Assembly: GCF_016432865.1 (NCBI RefSeq)
Contig: NC_067403.1
Location: forward strand, 200,012,001-200,076,000
Source of the DNA: Antechinus flavipes
Lineage: Eukaryota
DNA: 64,000 nucleotides
Direction: 5' to 3'
Made by a program: the position numbers and the translations under genes. This document shows positions 24,960 to 35,768 of the stretch, piece after piece (the first letter of the stretch is position 1; every line of letters begins with the position of its first letter). Under the pieces are notes generated by a model. It had not been told where the DNA came from. It did no database searches and saw only the letters and a list, made by a program, of their open reading frames with translations.

Positions 24960-27900
24960 ATGGCGTCTCCTCAGGGGGGCCCGATGGCGATCGCGATGCG
25001 GCTGCGGAACCAGCTTCAGTCTGTGTACAAGATGGACCCGCTGCGGAACGAGGTACGGAGGCGCCAGGCTGGAAACGCCAGGTGGCGCGAAGAACCGAGG
25101 CCCAGGGGCTGGCGGGCGCCTGGGCAGCTGGCCCGATGCCCAATGCGCTTGCGCTGCGGCCGGGTACCGGATGCGCGTGCGTGCTGTTTGGAAAGGGGGC
25201 GACCCCCCGACTAGGACGCATGCGCGCCGTGACCCCCTTTATCGCCCCCCCTTATTGAGCTCAGAGCCGGACTTGCATGCGGAGCCCCCTGCTGGGCAGA
25301 GGTGGAGGGGGGGTGCTCCACTGAGCACCCCCCAACGCCTCGATCCCCAAGGGTCTTAAGCGGGGTGGGCGGCCAGCGACACGGGAGGTCATTGTTTAGC
25401 TGCCTCACGTCGGGTTTCGGGGTGGTCAGTTAGAAAGTCAGTGATGGTCAGTTTGGCTGCAGGAGGAAGTCCGAGTGAAGATCAAGGACCTGAACGAGCA
25501 CATCGTCTGCTGTCTGTGCGCGGGCTACTTCGTGGATGCCACGACCATCACGGAATGTCTGCACACCTGTGAGGGTCCTCCCCCGCCCTTGTCCCTCCCC
25601 GCCCCGCGCCCTCCCAGCAGGACTCGGCCCTCCCGCAGCCCAGGGGACCGGTGGGATGGACGGAGCTGCCTGCGGGCGGATCCTTCCTGCTCCGGGGCCT
25701 CTCCCCCAGCGCCCCTTCACCGGGTGAGGGAGGGACGGGGGCTGCAAGGTGTGTGGCCTCTCTCCCCCCCCAGTCTGTAAGAGTTGCATAGTGAAGTACC
25801 TGCAGACCAGCAAATACTGCCCCATGTGCAACATAAAGATTCACGAGACCCAGCCCCTGCTCAACCTCAAACTGGATCGGGTCATGCAGGACATCGTGTA
25901 CAAGCTGGTGCCCGGCCTGCAGGACAGTGAGTGTCCCCCGCCCCCTAGGAAATCGGAAAAGCACCGGGTTCTGGGCTCACCAGCTAGATTTCCCACTGCC
26001 CTAAGGAAAAACGAGGGAGCTGAGCCCGTCCGGCTCCCAAAGACTCTTCCCGCTCCGACTCTGTGGTTCCAAGGGGCTGAATCTGGAGTCAAGCCCTAAG
26101 TTCGAATCCCACTTCAGACACCATCAAACTGTGACTGGGCTCTTTTGCCTCGGTTTTCCCATCTGTAAAACAGGGACAATAGCAGCACCAATGTGAGGAT
26201 AAAGATATTTGCGAAGGGCTTTGCAGAGCGCTGGCTCTTTTATGACTGTTTTTGTTCATGTAATTTAGCTGACTTTGTGGTTTCTTATTTGTGCTTTGTC
26301 TTGTTCCCACTCCCGGTCAATGTATCCCTGTGGAAAATGAGGGAGCCGAGCCAATTAATCTCTAAAGACCCTTCTAGCTCTGCCTGATTCCAAAGCTCCC
26401 AGGAGAGCTAGCAGGACAGTGACATCCTTCATCCCCACCTGGGTGTGTGTGTCTCTGTGTCTCTGTCTCAGACTCTGTGTCTGTGTGTCAGATTGTGTGT
26501 GTATGTCTGTGTCAAGACTATGTGTCTGTCAGTGTGTGTGTTTGTCTGTCTCTGTGTCTGTTGGCTCTGGCTCCAGCTGGAGCTAGGACCTAGTTGGAGT
26601 AAAATTGGGCTGTGGAAATTAAGGGTGGTGACCAGGACTGGAGAAGCGACTGCCAAGTCTAAGGTATCTTTCTTCCTTCCCTCTCCCCCCTCTCCTCCAC
26701 TGCAGGTGAAGAAAAAAGGATACGAGAATTCTATCAGTCACGAGGCCTGGACCGAGTCACCCAACCCACCGGGGAAGGTAAATATAGCCTAAAGAAAGGT
26801 AACCTGCCTCCTCCCCAGAGCTTTCCTTGTTCATCACAAGCCTTACTGGGTTGTGATAGTGGGTACCGTGTTTCTCCTAGAACCAGCCCCGGGTACCCTT
26901 GGTCTCCCCTTCAACAGCTTTGACCATTCAAAAGCACACTATTACCGTTATGATGAGCAGCTCAGCCTATGCTTAGAAAAACTAAGGTGAGGAGTGTGAA
27001 GGGGCCGGGAGGGAGAAGGGAGGGAAGTGATTCCATCAATCATGCCTGCTGTGTACTTAGGGAAGTCTAGTCCAAAGTGATGGCCTCCCCCAAGTTTAGT
27101 GCAGAGTGGGGAGGGGGAAGGTAAACCAGCTGATGCTCCTACCCCACCTAGGAGGTGAGACTACAATAAAGACTTGAGTGGGGAGGAGAGATACCACGAA
27201 AGGGAGGGGCTTTGGGAATGATAGGGGCAGGTTCCCTAGCAGATCCCTAATCATTCTCTCTGTTCTCCCTTCAAAACAGCTCCGGAAAAGACAAAAGTAA
27301 AAGCATTTTACAGGTAAGGGAGCTGAGAGGAGGGAGGTCTCCATATTTCCTGTCTAAATAACCTAATATCACTTTTTCCTCCTATGGTAATAATCATAGC
27401 AGCTCCCATTTCTAGAGCACTTCAGGATTTGCAAAATACTTTGCTCACAATAATCCTGGAGGTAGTTATACGGGTGGTGTCCCCATTACACAGATCAGGC
27501 TTCTCAAATAGTTAATAGAGTGGCAGAGTTGGGATTTTAATTTGGAATTCTTGACTTGGGTTCCATTGCATGCTCTTTGTCTCCCTGTCTTTCAGCACAA
27601 GTTCGTCCGTTGTTCTGTCCGAGCTGAGGTTCGGCATCTCCGAAGGGTCCTGTGTAGACGACTAATGCTGAACCCCCAACATGTAAGTTGGACTGTAACA
27701 GGAAGAAGCTGTGAAAGGGAGGGAGGGAGGGAAGGAGGAAGGACTGAAGGACGGAGAGGAAGGGGCTACCTTAGTTCCAGTGTCCCCATGACCTCATCTC
27801 CTCCCTCCCCCTTACAGGTACAGCTCCTATTTGACAATGAAGTTCTCCCAGATCACATGACCATGAAACAGATTTGGCTGTCTCGATGGTTTGGCAAGGT

Positions 27901-28146
27901 GGGGAAGAGGTTTGGGGAAATGAGAGACTGGGAGGGAGTGGGGTTTCAGGAGGAAATTGGTCAGAGAGAAGGGTGGTTGGTTCAAGGGAGGTGTGAAGGT
28001 GGGGAGGGGAAGAATGGAAAGGGGATGACGGGAAATAAACGGGCAGCTTATGGCTAGGGAAAGATGTGTAACATCCCTCCCCTCTTCTCTTCTGCTAGCC
28101 CGCACCCCTGCTCCTGCATTACAGTGTGAAAGAAAAAAGGAGGTAG
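24960..28146 (+). CDS. PCGF1: Polycomb group RING finger protein 1 (NSPc1), 259 aa
   Basis: 9 exons: 24960-25052, 25463-25568, 25774-25926, 26706-26777, 26881-26986, 27280-27313, 27596-27682, 27818-27898, 28099-28146 (780 nt). [32 protein letters not shown]3HC4 RING (CCLC...CLHTFCKSC...CPMC), RAWUL domain ([16 protein letters not shown]...WLSRWFGK). AATAAA at 28208-28213. Confidence 0.98.
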
Positions 28147-31100
28147 AAGCTGGCCTCCCTCCCCCACCCCAGATATTTATGCAGACCCACAGTGGCTTTA
28201 TTTTTGAAATAAAAGTGAAAAAGCACTTTTGGCTGCTTCTTCAACTCTCATTTCTTCCTCTTCCCATCTCTTTCCCTCATCCTACATTGCTTCTCCCTTT
28301 CCTTCCTCTTTCCATCTCTTAACCTCTCATTATTCAACAAGTCCCAGTAACTTACTGGACTGAAATGGGGAAAAGTATATGTTGAGGGATCAGTGAGCAG
28401 TAACTTGAAGATTTCGTGACCAGGGCTACGATGGATTCGGTGGAGGGCTGGAACCAAGGGCTAAGGTCCTTAGCAGGAGCTTTAGAGAAATAACTTTGTT
28501 GGAAATTTCGAAATCCAGGAAGGGTTGGGGTGGGGGGAAGAGGGGGGCAGTTATTATTGTCCTAGTGAGGGGGACCCAGCCTTAGGTGTGATGAAGCCTT
28601 GAACAGGGAAAACCCAGTGATCAAGTGTTTTAATAGCCAGGATTTTGGGGGGGGACACCCCAAGTGTGTAACCTAGAAAGCTGAAACTCTGCCCAGGATC
28701 AATCATCCCCTCCCCCCATGCCCTTCAAAGATGCTTCTGCCCATAGGCTCAGACCTCTAGTCTGGATCTTCTTTGTGTCTTTCATCAACAGGGGGTGGGG
28801 GAAAGGTTTGGCCAAGCTCTTGCTTTGGCAGCTGCTCCCTCTCCACCACCACTGATTCAGACCAGCTGTAGGGCCATTCGGGCCCTGAATCTACCAGCCT
28901 CCTTTATTCCCCTCCTAATGAGAACCCATTTTGGGTCTTCATCTCCGGAGGGGGACGGGCTTCATTGTGATCTGGATCCCAGGAGTCTCAGAGAAGAGCT
29001 CCTTTGGGAGGGGCGAAGGGCGGGGGTGGGGGGGGGAGGGAGAACTGTCCAGATTTGAACAAAAAAATGGCAACCAGGTTCCAAACGGGATTGAGAAAGA
29101 AAAGGTACCCGGAGCCCTTACCACATGCTCCGCCTGTTTCCACACTGTTTCCCCTCCTTCTGGCCAGAAAGCTGAGAGTCCTGGATGCTGTCTGTCCTCA
29201 GCTTTCTGCCTTCTCTCCCTCCTCTCCCTCCCCTCCCTCCCTCTGCCCCCCAGCTGTTCCCAGCTGTCAGGGATGAAGGTGACTCTTTCCCTGCCCTTGC
29301 CCTCCCCGTGATGTCCCCAAAGGACTGAAAAGTAAAATCGAATATAGCACATATGGACACATGCACTGTGTTATGGAAAGAACTTTGCATTCAGGATCTT
29401 GGGAGAACTTATTCAAGTTCTGGTCTTGGCTGATATAACTTGGATTCAATTGATTGCCATTTTTCTGGACTTCATTTCTCCCAGAGATGAAACATTTTTA
29501 AGGTTTACAAAGTGCTTTGTCTATTCGATGAGAGGGTCCAATGTTCTCTCTGGTTCTAAATCCTAAAAGTATCTACCAGAGCACTTGGGTTACATACCAT
29601 CTGATGTAGATTTACAAAGTTGAAGACAGAATATAGCACTTTTACGTATCGGTTTCCCCCCACATTAAAAAAAAAGTTTCTGGTTATATGTACATTAAAA
29701 AAAATTCATTTCCTTATGAATCATGTTGGGAGAGAACTAAAGGGAAAAAAAAAACCACGAAACAAAAAACATAACGTGTTGATTTACATTGTTTCCATTC
29801 CCCTCTACTTTCAATTAAATTTATAATGGCAAGACATTTAGGTGCAAATATTCTGGATTCTCTAGTTTGGAAACAGGCTCAGAGAAGGAAGGTGATTTAC
29901 TCAGGATCACAATACGTGGAAGAGCTAACTCCAAGTTTTCCTACTTTATATACTACCTGTTCCAAGTCTTGAAGGTGTAGTAAAAAAGGAGAGGTAAAAA
30001 CAGATGAGGAAATGGGGCTGAGAGGCTTTTCTAGGATACAGCTCAAGCCACGCTTTGATTTTGATAGAAATTGCTTCCCAGTACCTACATAACATGAAGG
30101 GATGAACGGCCATATCCACTTTTAGCTGAATTCATTCCAAAATCCCAGAGGAATACAGAAAAGTGAATAACTGGTAGTGAGCACAATGTAGTTTAAGAAA
30201 TATTGATCAGTCGTATGTGTAGAGGGGAGGAATGGCAAAAAAAATAGAGATTGGCAATGATGAGGAATGATTTGAGATGGGGTGGGGTGGGGTGGGGTGG
30301 TCAGTCTCCAGGAATACATTGGATTGCTAGTGATTTGCTGTGAGCATTTAGGAGATATAGGTAGGGTCCGTGGTTTAAGTGTTGTGTCCCTTGATGAGTG
30401 AGAAGGGTGGGAGAATGAGGTTTCAAGGAGTAGCGGCTGTATGAGCCCCCCATGTATGTGGGTGGAGCTTCAATGACGGGGGCAGGTAAGAGCTGAGACC
30501 AGATTGTAAGGGATGCCTTAGTGGTGTGGGTCATGGGAACTCTGTTAAGATGTATGAGGGGAAGGGCAGACTCAGTAACGGTGGGGATGGGTTATGAGGG
30601 CAGCGAAAATTCAGGGACAGGTTGTGAGGTCAGTGGTTGTGATGTGTGCAATATGGGTCAGTAATGGGCTATCTGAAGACATGGCACGAGTTTGTCGCAA
30701 TGGTCACAGGGGATAAGGGGGTTTTCAGGGATCAAGTTCAAGGAACATCTGTCATAAGATGTTGGGGGGGGAATCAGTGATCATACTGACCAGGTTTTAG
30801 AGTGGTATGTTGTGGCAGAGGGTGGGTTAGGGGGAGTGATGAGTGTCAGGTAATGGGAGGATCTTCAGTTGATTTCACTCCCTGCCCTCTTCCTAAGTAA
30901 GAGCCCTTCTCAATTTCCCATGGTGAGGTGGGGGGGCGGGGAAGAGATGACCTCTGGGCCTTGAGGTTTAATCTCCCTCATTAATCACTCACCCCTTTCT
31001 CCTCCTCCAACTCCATCTCCCAGAATCCAATGGATCCAGTTTCTCTCAGGCTCCTTGACCTGAGGCCAGCAAGAGGCAGGGGGGTGGGGTATTTGGGCTG

Positions 31101-34100
31101 GGGGAGACAGAGAAATCCCTTCAGTGGCCCCTCACTAGTCCCAGGGGAGACATGCGCTTCTTGAAAAACTGGGGACCTCCCTTTTTGTGTAAGCTGTAGG
31201 GCTGTGTCTGATTCTGTGGCCATCCCTTTATCTTATGTCTACTGGTCTTTTTCTGCTGCTGGGTCTGCGACTATCTTTGTCACTCAGATTCTGTGTGTCT
31301 GTGCTCTTTTATCTTTGTCTCTGTTTCTGGGATGTCTCTGTTGGTTGCCTGTTTCTGTTTGAAACCCTCTATTCGAAAAATATCTCCCTCATATCTGTGT
31401 ATGTCTGTCTCTAGGCTGTGTGCTTTAATTTCTATTTCATTGTGTGGCTATGCCTTCCCGGGTGTCTCTCATTGGGATTTTTTTTTCTGTTTGTTTTGTT
31501 TTTAGTGTTTTTCTTTTCTCCCCATCCCCCAATCCAAATCCCATCACCATCTTCTCAGTCTCTGCATTTCTACCCGCCTCCCCCACCCCCCGGGACAGAC
31601 TAACCCCATTACCTGAGACAGGCATTGAGAGGGGGAGGGGAAGGGAGGAATAGGATGAGAGGGAAAAGGAGGGGGCTCTGAGACCGGAAGAAAAAGGGGA
31701 AATGCAAGAGCCTTCAGCTTTCCACCCAGTTCCAGTTTCCCCTTCCTGGCCCTTGGGCCCTTGGTCATTGTCTTAGACTCGACCTGGTGAGCGATGTCTC
31801 TTCTTCAGATTCGGGGCCAGATGTCACCCCTCAGACCTGAGACGCCCCCAGCATATCTGAAACATCTCAGGACAGGCACAAGGAGAGAATTCTGGGGTAG
31901 GCATTCTTTAGGGGAGAGAGATCCACAGCAGAGAGGTCTAAAATTAAGACCCAGGTAAAGAGGGATAGAGGGAGGAAGGGGGAAAAATAGAGAAAGGGGA
32001 GAAAGAGCTTGTGAGCAAAGGGAAGTAAGACAGACATATCAATGTCAGAGGCGAGACTGTTGTGTTTGGGATTTTTAAAAATTAGGCCTTTGGGTTCTAG
32101 AGACTTATCAGTTGGACACTGAATGTGTATGTCAGAATTGTATATGTTTTGTGTTGTGTGTATTTCTTGGCCTCTCTAGGTGGAGGGCTTCAGGAGAAAG
32201 GATTACAAGGCTGAGGGCTGGAGCTGGGAGGAGGGGCACATGGGGCCTCTCCTGGGACCCACTTTAATTACAGATTAAGTGAAACAACATCTATGGGACA
32301 GACATTGATTTGAGCGAAGAAAGGCAGCTCCCCGTTCTGCCGGCGGAGGAGCCGGGAGGTGGGGGGGAGGTGTCTCCCTCCTCCCAGAAATAACCAATTG
32401 AGAGGCTCTTGAATCACTTAAGCCAACCTCCACACTTGGCTTCCTTCTGATCTTTGACCGTTAGTCAGTCCCAGTGTGAAGTGTCTATTCTGTGTAATTG
32501 TGCAATTGTGTGTGAATGGTCGCACTCCGTGTTTGCGGATATGGTGCCCTTTGTGGCTGTGTGATGTACCCCTCGAGTATATGCATATGCTATGTGGTCT
32601 TTGAGACGTTTCCTGAACGGACTGGTTTTGCCCAATGAACACTTCACAGAGTGTCCCGGTTCCTACTCAGTCCCTTTCCCGGCGCTTCTGTTCTGGGGTC
32701 GAAAACCGAACAGGCTCTTTACCTGGAGATGTGAGCTCCTTCCCGCACAGCCCGGGCTCCCTCCTTTCTCCGAGAGCCGAGAAAGCCGAGGAACAGATAG
32801 AAACCTCGTAACACCCAATCCCACACACAGTCCCCTTCCCCCCCACCCTCCCCCAAGAGGCAGGAGAGGACGGAAAGAGGTCGCCAATAAACAATCGGGG
32901 AAGAGGCGGGAGAAAGTGAAAAAGAAATGGAAGGGAGCGAGACACGGCACCCTCCGTAGAGAGAGCCCGCGACCCAGTGACGCGGGTCGAACGGCCGCCG
33001 CACGGCTTCCTTAATCCCCTCGCTTTTCAGGGTCGGGAGGAGAGTACTGAAAGGTTCAAAAGAACAAAAGCCATTTTAGAGATGGGAGGAGGCCCCGGTG
33101 ACAGGTTGTCAAACTGTGGGGACCCAGGAGTCCGCCCCCTGTTTGTCGGTGTCCAAGTCTGCATCCCTCTCACACACACACACACCCTCCCAACAGGAAG
33201 TGCTGAGCGTTTGCCCGGGATGGCCCGGACCGAGGCATGTGTTGCTTTTGCTTTGTGTCTTTAGGAATATAAGTGTTGGTGCGCGTGGAGGAGCGTGAGA
33301 TTGGGGTTTTTCCAAGCGGGTTGCCGAGGCCCTGGAGTGAGCTGTGGTATGACTATGAAGAAGTCTTATGTGACTCGGTCAGACAGAGCAGGAGAGCCCC
33401 GAGAGACCCCGAGAGCCGGCCGCCGAAGCTGGGCCGGGGGCTCCCAGCCCTTGACCTCCCCGCACCATTTCCTTAGGCCTATTTAGGATTCCCTCGAAAT
33501 TCGCCTGAGCCGGGTCTGTGTGGCTGATGGCATAGTAGTCAATGTCCTGGCGATGGGAGATCTCTCGTGTGTGTTTTGTGTGCTGTGTATGTGCTTATAC
33601 AGCCAAGCTGTGGGTCTCACTGTCTCACCAGTACGCTGTGTTCCCTGGGTCTTTTTGTTTAAATCTATGCTGTTTGTCTTTTCCAGTGTATGCGCAGGAT
33701 CGTATGTGAGTCTCCCTCCCGGAATAGTTACAAGTTACTAGAGTCAGATGCTAGCCAACCTGAGGCTCCAAGGTCACCCAAGGCCCTGGGAGTGACTCCA
33801 GGCCTGGGGTTTAGACTAGGTCTCCAACCCATAGCCCGGGGATTCAGGGGTCAGCTCCTACCTTCTCTGGACCGGGTACTTCTCTTCTTTCTATCCAAGC
33901 TTTTTCATCTGAAGTTTGAGGCTGCTGGGGGAACGCCCATTCATTCTAGAGGTGGGGACAGACACAGGCATTCTCTGAAACATGCACTGACCTCACTTTG
34001 GCCGTGAGTTGCATGTGCCTCTGTCCTTTCTTGTGTCTATGTCCCTTTGGGTCACTGGGTTTCTGTAGTGGTGATGGTGGGGAGGTGGGTAGATGGCTTC

Positions 34101-35768
34101 CGCTAGGCCCCTCTTCCAGCACCAGTCCGCCACCTAACCCTCCTGGTTTTTTTAATCTCCCAGTTGGTTACGTACCTGTCTCAGTGCTATTAAATAGGTC
34201 TTGAACCCCAGGTCTTAAGACAGCTAAGAACAGAAGTCAGAATCCTCCTGGAAATCAAACCTGTAGCCTTCGGAGCATCCAAAGGGCCAAAGTCAGGCTT
34301 AGAAAAGGAGATGGAACACTACTGCAGAGTACTCCGACTCTGGGAAATGGAATCTGGAAACATGGAGAAAGAAGTGGAGGCCAGAGAACGGAAGGCAAGG
34401 AGGCAGGTAAGCTTCTGGGCCTGGGACCTGGGCAGTTAAGAGTGGAACTGAAAAGAATGGAACTAGTACTAAGAGAAAGGCTATAGACTAAGCCTGAGAG
34501 CCTGAGGGCTCCAAGAAGCCTGAGGTTTCTATACCTCCTCACCTGCCTCCTCCAATTGGCTCCCCCCACCTTCACTCCTGCCCTGTGGCTTTGACTACTC
34601 TGAGCAATAACTGTTCTGGGGGTGCCAGACAGAGAAGGCTGGAGGACTCCGTAGTAGCTGTTCCCCTGGCTCAGCTATGGTCGGTCTACGGAAGCTGAGC
34701 AGTGCCCCAGCCCACATACCCGCATCTCTAATCATTTCCAGGTGCAGTCACCCCCATCCTCTTGTGAACCCATCCTCTCTATGGGGTTGGGGAGGAGGGT
34801 AGATTAGGATTGGGTTTGTAGAAGAGCAGGCCCAAACCCGGAGATTTGGAAGGTAGGCAGATACAATTGGCCCCTAAGTCCGGTCACAGCTGGGTCCAAC
34901 CCCCTCTTTCCTCACAGCTGGTTTTATCGCCCCCTCCCCAGCTCCCCCTTCTCCAGCCCCCCCCTCCCATCCACCCACCAACTCTTGTGCTGGTAACTTT
35001 TAAAAGCTCGAGGCCGAGGGAGGAAAAAAAAAAAACCCTTTTATCCCCCGCAGTTTTATGGGCCAGAGAGGCTGCTCCCATTACGGGTTAGGGGCCCAGA
35101 CTGGACAGCAGCGAGGGGCACAGTGTGGGGGGGGGAACAGGGTCTGGCAATTAAGGGACGCGATAATCGTCAGAGTAAAGAAGCTGATTGGAAAGAGGCA
35201 GGAGTAAAAAGCCGATGGGTTCGATGGTAGCCATCAGAGCAGGAGTCAGGAGAGCCGAGGATTGGGGACATTCGGGGTAGCGCACTGTGTCTTGTCCGGC
35301 GGAGTCTCCCAATCTAAAAGTCACTTCCTCAGTCCGCGCTAGGGTCACCTGGGTCTTAGTCTGAGAACCGCAGATACCAGAACAGCTGGGGGCCCCTTGA
35401 GGTAGGGGTGTGTCTGGAGGAAGGATACGCAGCCCCCGAGCTCGGGGGCCGCCGCAAGCTCCGCCCCCCCTCCCCACCCAGTTGCCGCCTCCGGCCCCGA
35501 GGCCCTTTAAGGCTGGCTAAGGCTTCGCTGGCGGGCGTAGGGCGGCACAGTGAGCCGCCCGATTAAGGCAAAGAAGCAGCTTTAGGCTTGCCCCGCTCAG
35601 TCTGCTGGGCACGGACCGGGGCCCCGGGGGGCAGCACGGGGCGTTCCCGGGCCCCGGGGCCCGGAGCATGAGCCGATGCGCGGAGGAGGTGGCGGAGGAG
35701 GAAGAAGAGGCGGTGGCGCGAAGCTGGCTGCCCGGACAGCCGGGACCCCTTGGCCCGGGGGCCCCGAC

